From a virus: a stretch of DNA of 64,000 nt. Within the stretch, counting starts at the first letter, position 1, and each line of letters starts with the position of its first letter. The stretch covers positions 1 through 64,000 of IMG/VR virus record IMGVR_UViG_3300015203_000001. One strand, 5' to 3'. The position numbers were made by a program, and so were the translations under genes. Shown piece by piece: positions 31,583 through 40,742 of this stretch. Under the pieces are notes generated by a model. That model was not told the DNA's origin. It ran no database searches and saw nothing but the letters and a program-made list of their open reading frames with translations.

Positions 31583-33877
31583 ATGATATTAGAACAATTA
31601 AAAGTATTAGATATACAGAGAGTAGGAGATTTAAATGATGGAATACAAGCAGGAATTACAGAAGAAAGTTTACCTTTTATATTTGAATTAGTTTCTAAAC
31701 AGTTATATTCTAATCCTATAGGTTCAGTGATTAGAGAAATTGTCTCAAATTGTTTTGATAGTCATATAGAAGCAGGTGTAAGTGATCCAGTTATAGTCAG
31801 TAAGACTTATCATTCAGAGGAGGGCTATTCAATAGAGTTTAAGGATGTAGGAGTGGGGCTAAGTCCAGAGAGAGTATCTACTATTTATATGAATTACTTT
31901 AGTTCTACTAAGAGACATACTAACACACTAATCGGGAGCTTCGGAATTGGGTCAAAAACACCACTTGCATATGCAGACCTATTCTATATTACTACTATAT
32001 ATGATAGTATTAAGTATGAATATATATTTCATAAGGGAGAGAATAAGCCTACTTTAGAATTATTAAATCAGGAACTAACTACAGAAAGGAATGGAACTAC
32101 TATTAAGATTAATATAGATTACGATAGGAATAAGTATTATAGTAGCATGAGTGGAGGGAATGATTTAGATAAATTCACAAGAGAGTTAAGATTTCAGTTA
32201 GCTTATTTTGATGATGTATATTTTAAAGATTGGAGTATTAGTAATGACTATGATATTTATGAAGGTAAATATTTTAAGTTTAGATCAGATATAGATCAGT
32301 ATAATACTCAAATCCACTTATGTATAGGGAAGGTTAGATATGCTATTGATTTTACTAAAGTAGATATAAATAAACACTTTCATAAATTACCAATAGCAGT
32401 TAAATTTGAGATAGGTGAATTGAAGATTACTCCATCAAGAGAAGCTCTTAGATATGATGAAGAAGGAATTAAGAAAATTAAAGAGAGGATAGATTTAGCT
32501 ACTAATGAGATAATAGATATATTTAATAAGCAAAATCCAGAGATAGAAGATTTAGAAGTTTTTGATAAATTAGTTAAGAGTAATAAGCCTAAAATTACAT
32601 TTGATGTAGATAAAAAGCATGATTTATATTTATGGAGTAATAGTGGAGTATCTAAGAATTATAGATTTAAACCTCTAAGTGGAATAAATATTAAGAAGAA
32701 TCCTACTCATCTATTTTTCATGTGGGAAATAGTAGGTCAGATTAGAGATGGAATATATATTCCATCTAAGTGGAATCAGGAGGTAGGTAATGATCTTATA
32801 ATATCTAAGAGATATTTAATTTTAGGAAAGGAAGATAGGATTTCTGTGTATACTGGTAAATATATAGAGGAGAGAATAGGTAATACTACAATTATTAAGA
32901 GGAAATCTATTAAATTTGAGAGTGCTTGTAAAGAGTTAGGATTGAATACTGGTAATGAATTAGGTAAATCTAGGGCCATTATTCAGTATATGAAAGTTAT
33001 GAATGGAATAGTTAGAGAGAGAGGAGGATTATATTCAGATTTTAGACCTACTGATGAATGGATTAATGAGTATAAGAGATCAATAATAGAAAGTAGTGCC
33101 GCATGGAAAAGGAAGAATGAGCAGAAAATATTTGTAAGAGATGCTTTAGATAGTTTTAGGGGTAGTGAGATTAAAGTAGTAGATTTACAAAAAAGAACAG
33201 GTATATTGGTATATGGATTTAAAGAGGATAAGAATTTATTAAATCATATATGGAATACAGTATATACCTGCTGTACTACTAAAGGAATACAAAGAGAGAA
33301 GGCATTTAAAGTAATACAAATTAGTAGATCAGTAGAGAATAGTGTAACTGGAGGTCTAACTGGGCCTGAAAAGACTATATATTGTAGAGACTTTTTGAGA
33401 ACTAAATTTATTAGAAAGATGGAGACTGCAAAGTATATAGAGAAATCCTTCAAACTTATAGAGTATAATTTGAAAGATTTTAAGAGGCAGTTTATTAGAG
33501 ATTTTCAAGAATATTATGTAAGTGTAGTAAGTTCATATCAACAGTATTGTAAAGGTAGTGGAAATTATTATTTAGATTATGAAGATGATATGACTAAAAA
33601 CTATATACCTGAGATGTTAATACCATTAGAGAAGTTTAAATCCAAATTTACTAATGTACAAATTCCCGCTTTAATTCCATATCTAACTATTCCATCTAGA
33701 GAATCTATAGAAGCAAGAAAAGAGTATATAGATTATTTAAAGTCTAAGAGAGTAAAATTAAGAACAAAGCATTATTTAAGAGAGTATCCTGATTATTTTG
33801 ATAGGATAGCTCATTATAAATTATTAAATGAAGAAGAATTATTATTAATTATAAATCAAATAGAAAATGTCAACTAA
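31583..33877 (+). CDS. rIIA: rIIA-like protein (GHKL ATPase N-terminal domain)
   Basis: 764 aa. LYSNPIGSVIREIVSNCFDSH (N box), FKDVGVGLS (G1), NYFSSTKRHTNTLIGSFGIGSKTPLAY (G2) and ITPSREALRYDE closely parallel the T4 rIIA strings as I remember them ([29 protein letters not shown]...IGGFGLGSKSPFSY, IAPSREALSLDD). Confidence 0.75.
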   Translation: MILEQLKVLDIQRVGDLNDGIQAGITEESLPFIFELVSKQLYSNPIGSVIREIVSNCFDSHIEAGVSDPVIVSKTYHSEEGYSIEFKDVGVGLSPERVSTIYMNYFSSTKRHTNTLIGSFGIGSKTPLAYADLFYITTIYDSIKYEYIFHKGENKPTLELLNQELTTERNGTTIKINIDYDRNKYYSSMSGGNDLDKFTRELRFQLAYFDDVYFKDWSISNDYDIYEGKYFKFRSDIDQYNTQIHLCIGKVRYAIDFTKVDINKHFHKLPIAVKFEIGELKITPSREALRYDEEGIKKIKERIDLATNEIIDIFNKQNPEIEDLEVFDKLVKSNKPKITFDVDKKHDLYLWSNSGVSKNYRFKPLSGINIKKNPTHLFFMWEIVGQIRDGIYIPSKWNQEVGNDLIISKRYLILGKEDRISVYTGKYIEERIGNTTIIKRKSIKFESACKELGLNTGNELGKSRAIIQYMKVMNGIVRERGGLYSDFRPTDEWINEYKRSIIESSAAWKRKNEQKIFVRDALDSFRGSEIKVVDLQKRTGILVYGFKEDKNLLNHIWNTVYTCCTTKGIQREKAFKVIQISRSVENSVTGGLTGPEKTIYCRDFLRTKFIRKMETAKYIEKSFKLIEYNLKDFKRQFIRDFQEYYVSVVSSYQQYCKGSGNYYLDYEDDMTKNYIPEMLIPLEKFKSKFTNVQIPALIPYLTIPSRESIEARKEYIDYLKSKRVKLRTKHYLREYPDYFDRIAHYKLLNEEELLLIINQIENVN

Positions 33878-34367
33878 AAAAGTAGTAAAAGAAGTTGTAG
33901 AATTTAATCCAGAAGATAAATTTGCAGCTAAAAAAGTAGGCAGTAATGCAATAGCTACCATAGGTAAAGAAAGATTTGCCAGAAAAGTAACAAAAGAAGA
34001 ATGGGAAACCATATCTAAGAAGATAGGTTTGTATAATAAAAGACCATCTGAAAACAGTAAGAAGGCTTTAATTAAATTATTAACTCCTGAAGCAGCTAAA
34101 GTTAAAGAGGAGAAAGAGAAAGTAGAAGCTAAGGTTAAAGGGTTGAAACAACAAGTTAAGAAAGAGATTAAGAAAGAGAAAGGAAATAAAGATAAAGTAG
34201 AACAGAAAGATTTATTAGGTCAATTAGAAGATTTATTGATTTCAGATGAAACAGCAGTACCTAAGTTACAAGCTCTGTTAGATAAATTTAAGAAAGTTGA
34301 GGAGAAAGCTCCAGCAGCAAAAGAAAGTCCTAAGCCTAGGAGTGGAGAGTATTACGGAAATTATTAA
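33867..34367 (+). CDS. Lys-rich protein (166 aa) in the rIIB position
   Basis: ORF track; start overlaps the rIIA-like stop by 11 nt; KEEKEKVEAKVKGLKQQVKKEIKKEK. No recognisable rIIB similarity. Confidence 0.6.
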   Translation: MSTKKVVKEVVEFNPEDKFAAKKVGSNAIATIGKERFARKVTKEEWETISKKIGLYNKRPSENSKKALIKLLTPEAAKVKEEKEKVEAKVKGLKQQVKKEIKKEKGNKDKVEQKDLLGQLEDLLISDETAVPKLQALLDKFKKVEEKAPAAKESPKPRSGEYYGNY

Positions 34368-34370
34368 TCT

Positions 34371-35153
34371 ATGTTACCCAATGAACTATTAGAGGAGCTG
34401 AAAAATGCTCCTCTACTTTTACTTACAGTTAAAGATAAAGAGACTATAGATTATTTTAATAATTTAATACCTTATAGTACAGGATTTGAGATAGAATGTA
34501 ATTGGAATGAGAGTTATAATAAAGATAACTTTTTAGCTATACCTGATTTAATGGAATTAAAGAGTGATAATTATGAGCAGAGATATAGAATACCTAATGG
34601 AATAAGAGGGATGATATGTCTATATCATATATCTATACAACTAAAATATAATTTATTACTTAACTTAGGTTCAGGTATTCATTATCAAATAGATTGCACT
34701 GATTCTGATTCTTATAACCAACTTTATAGAAAACAAATATTAGAAAAAAATAAGAATTGGATATTAACTGAACTAGATGCTTGGGGTATCCCCGGCAAAG
34801 GAACTATGAGAGAGGTAGGTTATTGGTTTAGATATAATAGTAGTCATAATACTATAGAATATAGAGTAGGAGAAATGACTTTTGATTATAGGATTTTATT
34901 AAAAAGAATTATACATTGTAACTCTATTACTAGTAGATTGAAACTTCAATTAGATGGTATTAAAGAACCAGTATTTGAAGAACCAGATGTTAGAAAGATA
35001 TTAGAATATGGTAAACATAGTATTAGTAATTTATCTAATTATCAGATTAAGATAGCAGCCTTAAATAGAAAGATAGAAGAATTGAATAAAGCTACAATAA
35101 CTCCTACAGTAGAAGTACCCATAATTAGAAATAGAACACATAAAATTAATTAG
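34371..35153 (+). CDS. amidoligase-like (glutamine-synthetase-fold carboxylate-amine ligase) candidate
   Basis: 260 aa. STGFEIECNW, GSGIHYQIDC and NTIEYRVGEM resemble the E.E / H / E.R strand motifs of Amidoligase_2-type proteins; weak. Confidence 0.35.
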   Translation: MLPNELLEELKNAPLLLLTVKDKETIDYFNNLIPYSTGFEIECNWNESYNKDNFLAIPDLMELKSDNYEQRYRIPNGIRGMICLYHISIQLKYNLLLNLGSGIHYQIDCTDSDSYNQLYRKQILEKNKNWILTELDAWGIPGKGTMREVGYWFRYNSSHNTIEYRVGEMTFDYRILLKRIIHCNSITSRLKLQLDGIKEPVFEEPDVRKILEYGKHSISNLSNYQIKIAALNRKIEELNKATITPTVEVPIIRNRTHKIN

Positions 35154-35549
35154 ATGGAATCAATGATCTGGATACCGGGGCATATACCCTCTAGTAAAAA
35201 TAATCAGATAATGACCTCACATGGGCCAGTGGTATCTAAAAAGGTTAGAGAATGGAGAAAGTTAACTAATGAATATTGGTTAGATAATTTAAGTAAGTTT
35301 ATAGTATTAACTGCACATAGTCCTAATCCACTATTTATCCATATGACATTTGTAAGAAAAGGAGAACATTTATTTGATTATATTAATGTAGCTCAAGTAG
35401 TACAAGATGAAATGGTAGCACAAGGATGGATAAATGATGATAATGCTTATCAGTTAGTAACTGTATTTGGTAAATTTAGGATAGATAAAAATAATCCAGG
35501 AGTTGAGATAAGAGTATTAAAGAGTAAACCTAAATATGAATTTTTATGA
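35154..35549 (+). CDS. rusA: RusA-like Holliday junction resolvase
   Basis: 131 aa. IPGHIPSSKNNQIM aligns with RusA LPWPPSNNRYY. LFDYINVAQVVQDEMVAQGWINDDN aligns with RusA [26 protein letters not shown]. Confidence 0.6.
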   Translation: MESMIWIPGHIPSSKNNQIMTSHGPVVSKKVREWRKLTNEYWLDNLSKFIVLTAHSPNPLFIHMTFVRKGEHLFDYINVAQVVQDEMVAQGWINDDNAYQLVTVFGKFRIDKNNPGVEIRVLKSKPKYEFL

Positions 35550-35710
35550 AGATATTAAAGAATAAGACATATAAAAAATTAATACAAGATTTAGAGTATT
35601 ATCAAAATAAATATAATGCAGCAGTTAAAGAGAATCTTAATTACTTAGAACAGCAGATTCAGATTGAAAAATTATTAAAATCACATAGAGAAGCAAAAAA
35701 TGGAAAATGA
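35546..35710 (+). CDS. hypothetical coiled-coil protein (54 aa)
   Basis: Hand translation MKILKNKTYKKLIQDLEYYQNKYNAAVKENLNYLEQQIQIEKLLKSHREAKNGK; ATGA overlap with the RusA-like stop. Confidence 0.45.
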   Translation: MKILKNKTYKKLIQDLEYYQNKYNAAVKENLNYLEQQIQIEKLLKSHREAKNGK

Positions 35711-35963
35711 AACACCAGATAATGATGAATTACAATTATTAAGAGATGCACTATGGAAAACTACATGGGATGAAGATACTAGAGAAGAAATGTATAAATT
35801 AATAAATAATTGTACTGACTATCCTAGATATGAGGGATTAAAATGGTTAATAGAAGATGCAACTCAAAATATAGATTTTGTAATTAATCCTAGTCAGGGA
35901 GATATTAACAAGCATTTAAGAAAATTTATAAAGCCAGAGAAGAATGAAGATACAAGTAGGTGA
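35700..35963 (+). CDS. hypothetical protein (87 aa)
   Basis: ORF track. Confidence 0.55.
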   Translation: MENETPDNDELQLLRDALWKTTWDEDTREEMYKLINNCTDYPRYEGLKWLIEDATQNIDFVINPSQGDINKHLRKFIKPEKNEDTSR

Positions 35964-36558
35964 GATATATATGGATAAGGTAACAAATAAACCATTTTTA
36001 TATCCAAATAAGAGTAGGAAGTATTTGTTACCTTGTCTAAAAGATTATGGAGAGGTATTCATGAATAAATTAGATAATGTATTTAAGATAGCAGTAGGAG
36101 TTGGAGATATAGTAGTTAGTAATAGGGGTATTAAATATGAGAAACATATATTTATATTATTAAATAGTGTATTCCTACCTAAATTTTTTATAGATTTTAT
36201 AGATTGGATAAGAGAACAACCAATGTATGCAGATGATTATGTATTTCATAATATTCAAAAGAGTGAATCTCATATGGTAGTATTGAAAATACCAGAGAAG
36301 TTTTATAGTTCAATGGAGAAATTTAAGTTGGGAGAGTATAGTAAGATGTATAACACTAAAGAATTAAATCAGTACTTTAGAAATAATCCAGATATTTATA
36401 AAACATTTATTAAAGACCATAACTATAAATTAGTATTCGTAGATAAGATGAATAAAGAGTTTAATAGTCAAGTAGAATCTAAAGAGTATAATGGAGAGTT
36501 AGATTTTCCTCCAAAACCAAGTAATGAAATATTTAATTATCACCTCAAAAAGAAATAA
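35944..36558 (+). CDS. hypothetical protein (204 aa)
   Basis: ORF track. Confidence 0.6.
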   Translation: MKIQVGEIYMDKVTNKPFLYPNKSRKYLLPCLKDYGEVFMNKLDNVFKIAVGVGDIVVSNRGIKYEKHIFILLNSVFLPKFFIDFIDWIREQPMYADDYVFHNIQKSESHMVVLKIPEKFYSSMEKFKLGEYSKMYNTKELNQYFRNNPDIYKTFIKDHNYKLVFVDKMNKEFNSQVESKEYNGELDFPPKPSNEIFNYHLKKK

Positions 36559-36806
36559 TGGACATAGAAGAAATAACAAATGGAGAAATCTGTGATTTAC
36601 TAATAAATAGAGGACTTACAGTAGAGAAAGTTATAGATGCTATTGTAGACTTAAATGGTATAATAGGGGTAGGATTAATCTCTCTAGGAGAAACCCTTAA
36701 AATATATACTATCCATAATAAAGAATTAAGAAAGAGAGATTTAACTAGAGAGGAAGTTGAAGCAATAGTAAATGGTAGGATAAATAAACAAGCTAATGGA
36801 AACTAA
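36558..36806 (+). CDS. hypothetical protein (82 aa)
   Basis: ORF track. Confidence 0.55.
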   Translation: MDIEEITNGEICDLLINRGLTVEKVIDAIVDLNGIIGVGLISLGETLKIYTIHNKELRKRDLTREEVEAIVNGRINKQANGN

Positions 36807-37224
36807 AGAGTATTTAGAGTTACAGAATGTTATGCATGATGGAGCTATTATTTCTAATGTAGAAGTTAGAAATAATAGGACTTATTTTGAGATAGATGGG
36901 AAAATATTTCATACTTATGCTAATCATGTAGATCATAAAGATAGTCCACTATTTGATCATCCTTTTGCAGATTTTATGGCTAAGAGACATAATACAGCAG
37001 AAGGAATAGAGAAAGAAAGACAGAGTTCAGAGGAACTAGATAAAGAAATGGATTTATGGGATAAACATAAAAATTCTCTTTATAAACAGATATTTATAAG
37101 AGCATTAGATTTATTTACTAAGAAAGGAGAAAATGCTTTTATAGAGTATATAGATTATCACTTTGATGTAATGGAGAATGGTGATAATTGTAAAGAATTA
37201 ATTAAATTATTAGAAGAAAAATAG
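36796..37224 (+). CDS. hypothetical protein (142 aa)
   Basis: ORF track. Confidence 0.6.
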   Translation: METKEYLELQNVMHDGAIISNVEVRNNRTYFEIDGKIFHTYANHVDHKDSPLFDHPFADFMAKRHNTAEGIEKERQSSEELDKEMDLWDKHKNSLYKQIFIRALDLFTKKGENAFIEYIDYHFDVMENGDNCKELIKLLEEK

Positions 37225-37229
37225 ATAAA

Positions 37230-37328
37230 ATGAAACAGAACAGTCAAATAAATAATTTTAAATTTAACTTATTAGTAGCTATTATATTATTTATAATAGG
37301 TATAACAATTAAAAGTTGTATGATATGA
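37230..37328 (+). CDS. possible 32-aa membrane peptide
   Basis: Hand translation MKQNSQINNFKFNLLVAIILFIIGITIKSCMI; its TGA overlaps the ATG at 37325 (ATGA). Confidence 0.3.
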   Translation: MKQNSQINNFKFNLLVAIILFIIGITIKSCMI

Positions 37329-38077
37329 TATTAGGATTATCAGGAAAGAAAGGTAGTGGGAAAGACTTAACTGCAAAGATAATACAATTTCTTACTTGTG
37401 GTATAGATTATAATAAAAACAGATTTGAAGAAGCACTATTATATTGGGAAGATGGACTACAAGGAAAAAAGAGATGGGATTCTGTATGGCAAACTAAATC
37501 TTTTGCTTCTAAACTGAAGCAGATAGTATGCTTACTAACAGGATGTACTATAGAGCAATTAGAAGATCGGGAATTTAAAGAAAGTTATCTACCAGAAGAA
37601 TGGAATAGAGCTGTACCATTTCCTTTTCCAAGTAGAGGATTTAAGATAGTAGGTACTACATATAGAGATTTAATGAAACTGTTAGGTAAAGAAGTAGGTA
37701 GAAATATTAATAGAGATGTATGGGTTAATAGTTTGATGAAAGAATATATAAAAGCATGGACTCAAGAACATAAAGATATAGGTACTATAACAGAAATATT
37801 TAATCCTATTCTAGATAAAGGTAGAGAACATCTTTATCCATACCCTAATTGGATTATCACAGATTGTAGATTTCTAAATGAAGTTAAAGCTATAGAAGAT
37901 AGAGATGGAGTAATAATTAGAATAAATAGACCATCTATACCTTCCACAGATACTCATGAATCAGAAGTTGCATTGGATTTGTATCCTTTTAAGTATATAC
38001 TTGAGAATGATTCTAGTATAGATAGCTTAATATCTAAGGTAAAAGATTTACTAATTGAATTAAAAATAATCCAATGA
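37325..38077 (+). CDS. deoxynucleoside monophosphate kinase (T4 gp1-like P-loop kinase)
   Basis: The track ORF starts at TTG 37316; the first in-frame ATG, 37325, gives MILGLSGKKGSGKD..., the N-terminal P-loop typical of phage dNMP kinases. Confidence 0.6.
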   Translation: MILGLSGKKGSGKDLTAKIIQFLTCGIDYNKNRFEEALLYWEDGLQGKKRWDSVWQTKSFASKLKQIVCLLTGCTIEQLEDREFKESYLPEEWNRAVPFPFPSRGFKIVGTTYRDLMKLLGKEVGRNINRDVWVNSLMKEYIKAWTQEHKDIGTITEIFNPILDKGREHLYPYPNWIITDCRFLNEVKAIEDRDGVIIRINRPSIPSTDTHESEVALDLYPFKYILENDSSIDSLISKVKDLLIELKIIQ

Positions 38078-38376
38078 AACAGATAGAAGCAGTAGTTAGA
38101 ATTACACTATATGAAGATGAAGAGGGTAAGAATAGTAGTAAGATAGATATAGAGAATCCATATTGTATACCTGAAGCTATTATATTAGCTATGTGTAGGC
38201 ATGTTGGAGATTCAATATCTAAGAAGATGAGGAAAGAATTAATAGATATTACTGCACCTTCTAATAATTTAAAAGACTATGTAAATAGATTAGGAGATAG
38301 TGGAGAAGCTATGCTTAGTACAGATTTAATGAAGGTAGAACAAATATTTAAAAATATAAAACCATTAGAAGGATGA
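38074..38376 (+). CDS. hypothetical protein (100 aa)
   Basis: ORF track; ATGA overlap. Confidence 0.55.
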   Translation: MKQIEAVVRITLYEDEEGKNSSKIDIENPYCIPEAIILAMCRHVGDSISKKMRKELIDITAPSNNLKDYVNRLGDSGEAMLSTDLMKVEQIFKNIKPLEG

Positions 38377-38939
38377 TAGTAAATAATAAATATAAAGTAT
38401 ATTGGGTACATACTCCACTATTTAAAGAAGTACCTGTAGAGTATGTAGGTACTAAAGTTACAAAGACTAGTACAGAGTATAGTGGATATAATAGAGCATT
38501 TTCTGATTGTATTATTACTTATGAAGAATCTAGTAGTATAGTAGCTAAAGATGGAACTAGAGAGATGGCTACTAAAATATTAACTCAAGGTAGAGCAGTA
38601 GTACATCCTCCAGTGAAAGAATTAAATAATAAAGAGATAGAGATTATAGAAAAGTTTATAGATAAATTTAAAAAAGATACAGGAAAAGATATAGTATTTA
38701 GCACAGTTAAAGGAGATACTTTTGATAGAAAGAAGGGAGTATATTATTCTTTTAAAAATGCTATGCTAAATATATCAAGCAGAGAATTAAGAAAGCAATT
38801 TTGGAAGGAATATTGGAGGATTAGAGAAGCTAAGCCCGTAATAATCATATATGGTACAAAAGGGGAATTAGAGATTAACCAAAATTTTGAAGAAATATAT
38901 AAACAACCTTTAGATAGTATAGAAGATAAAATAGACTAA
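38373..38939 (+). CDS. hypothetical protein (188 aa)
   Basis: ORF track; ATGA overlap. Confidence 0.6.
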   Translation: MIVNNKYKVYWVHTPLFKEVPVEYVGTKVTKTSTEYSGYNRAFSDCIITYEESSSIVAKDGTREMATKILTQGRAVVHPPVKELNNKEIEIIEKFIDKFKKDTGKDIVFSTVKGDTFDRKKGVYYSFKNAMLNISSRELRKQFWKEYWRIREAKPVIIIYGTKGELEINQNFEEIYKQPLDSIEDKID

Positions 38940-38940
38940 T

Positions 38941-39261
38941 ATGTCAGGTATAAAACCTCATTCTTCTAAAGATATAGATGTATTTTTAAGTGAAGTAGCT
39001 GAACAAGTTATAAATGAGATAAAGAGATTTGATGTTTTTCCAAAAACTACTTATATATTGAGAAGAAATATTACTAATAGAGAAATATATAGATTTACTA
39101 CTACTATAAGAACAGATGAAGAAGCTACAGAAATATTGAAAGCTAAAATAAAGAAGCTACCCTATGACTCTTATAGTATACATAAAACCATTAATGGAAT
39201 AACAACCATGTTTAAGAAGATAAAAAACTATGACAGACAAGGAAAAATTAGAAAAAATTAG
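38941..39261 (+). CDS. hypothetical protein (106 aa)
   Basis: ORF track. Confidence 0.55.
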   Translation: MSGIKPHSSKDIDVFLSEVAEQVINEIKRFDVFPKTTYILRRNITNREIYRFTTTIRTDEEATEILKAKIKKLPYDSYSIHKTINGITTMFKKIKNYDRQGKIRKN

Positions 39262-39640
39262 TTTATTAGTTAGAAAAATATATGAGTATAATTTAGAGAT
39301 TTCTATGATATTAGGAAATACACATGAGAAATCTCTAAAATCTAATCCTGAATTTATAATAAGAATAGTAGAAGATGTATTTAAAATTAATATTTCTGTA
39401 AGACAAGATAATGGCAAGCTATCTAGAAATTTTAAAGTAGCAGAGGCTAGACATGCAGCTAGATATTTACTTAATAGATATAGGATATTAAATAATACAG
39501 AAATAGCTTTATATACAGGAGGTACTGAACATTCAGTGGTAAATTGGAGTATTAGGAAAGTTAGAGAAGGACTAGAGACTAATGAAGATTTTAAAAAGAA
39601 AGTTATAAAATGTATAGAGAAAATAGAAATAATTCAGTAA
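39230..39640 (+). CDS. DnaA domain IV-like DNA-binding protein
   Basis: 136 aa. VAEARHAARYLLNRYRILNNTEIALYTGGTEHSVVNWSIRKV parallels the DnaA C-terminal string ..aRqiAMYL.R.lt..S...IG..fG.rDHtTVlha..k. Confidence 0.6.
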   Translation: MTDKEKLEKISLLVRKIYEYNLEISMILGNTHEKSLKSNPEFIIRIVEDVFKINISVRQDNGKLSRNFKVAEARHAARYLLNRYRILNNTEIALYTGGTEHSVVNWSIRKVREGLETNEDFKKKVIKCIEKIEIIQ

Positions 39641-39650
39641 ATTTACTAAT

Positions 39651-39995
39651 ATGGAAGAAGAGATAATTAGAGTATCACATGAGGTTAGTATTAAAGAGTT
39701 CTTTAATAAATTACCTGAATTTAAAACTTGGATAGAACAAACACAATTATTTAATGTAATTAAACAAGAGAGTAATCCTGCAACTAGAGCATATACAGGT
39801 ATAGCTCCTAAACTTGTATCTGATAAGATACAGTTACAACTAAGAGAGGGGGTTATAATTACTAAAGCAGAAGATTTACCTGTAGAGATGATAATGGTAT
39901 TCTATGAAAACTCACCTTATACCAGCCCTACTTATAGATATAGTACAAATAAAATAAAATTAATAGAGAATGACACTAATAAAGAAGCCACTTGA
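39651..39995 (+). CDS. hypothetical protein (114 aa)
   Basis: ORF track. Confidence 0.55.
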   Translation: MEEEIIRVSHEVSIKEFFNKLPEFKTWIEQTQLFNVIKQESNPATRAYTGIAPKLVSDKIQLQLREGVIITKAEDLPVEMIMVFYENSPYTSPTYRYSTNKIKLIENDTNKEAT

Positions 39996-40731
39996 AAGTG
40001 AGCCTATAGCTCCTAGGCCACCTACTAATCCTAATATCTATAAAGTAATAATAGGAGCATTAATAATATTTGCTATTATAATGGAGATTAGAGACTGTAG
40101 AAATAATAGTTCAGATAAGACTGGTATAAATTTAATCAATGCTCTACAGGATACTCTTGTTACTTTGAAGAATAAAGACTCCTCTTCTAGATCAATAATC
40201 TCTATACTACAATTAGAAAAAGCTAAAGATTTTAAAGAGATTAAGAGTAGTGATACTATAATTAGAGAGTTACAAGCTGAAGTTGAGAGAAACGAGAGTA
40301 AATTGAAAGCTGGTAGTTCAGTTACTAAAATTAAGACAGTTACAGTATTTAGAGAAAGTGCTCCTACTGTGGTAGTATATTATGATACTATCAAAGAGGC
40401 TAATACAGATATATATCCTACCTATAAGAATGAAGTTAAGAATAAGTGGATAGAGTATAGTGCTACTACTAATAAGGACAGTACTAACTTTGATCTTAAA
40501 GTATATGATGATCTTAGTTTAGTGATAGGATATATTAAAGGTAAGCCATACTCTGATGTGACTAACTATAATCCATACTCTGCAACTAAGACATTAAGAA
40601 CATTTCAGGTTAGTATGCCTAAACCTAAAAGATGGGGTATAGGAGTTAGTACTGGTGTTACTTTAGGTAAGAAATTAAGTGCTAAGTATTATTTAGGAAT
40701 TGGGATACAATATTCAATTTTTAATTTTTAA
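39970..40731 (+). CDS. membrane-anchored envelope protein (253 aa)
   Basis: N-terminal TM IYKVIIGALIIFAIIMEI, a coiled-coil stretch (ELQAEVERNESKLKAG), and a C-terminus ...YYLGIGIQYSIFNF ending in an aromatic residue like an outer-membrane beta signal. Confidence 0.55.
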   Translation: MTLIKKPLESEPIAPRPPTNPNIYKVIIGALIIFAIIMEIRDCRNNSSDKTGINLINALQDTLVTLKNKDSSSRSIISILQLEKAKDFKEIKSSDTIIRELQAEVERNESKLKAGSSVTKIKTVTVFRESAPTVVVYYDTIKEANTDIYPTYKNEVKNKWIEYSATTNKDSTNFDLKVYDDLSLVIGYIKGKPYSDVTNYNPYSATKTLRTFQVSMPKPKRWGIGVSTGVTLGKKLSAKYYLGIGIQYSIFNF

Positions 40732-40742
40732 AATAAACAATC

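Noticed and set aside
32776-33453. Minus-strand ORFs 32776-32979 and 33244-33453
   Set aside because: They are antisense inside the rIIA-like gene.
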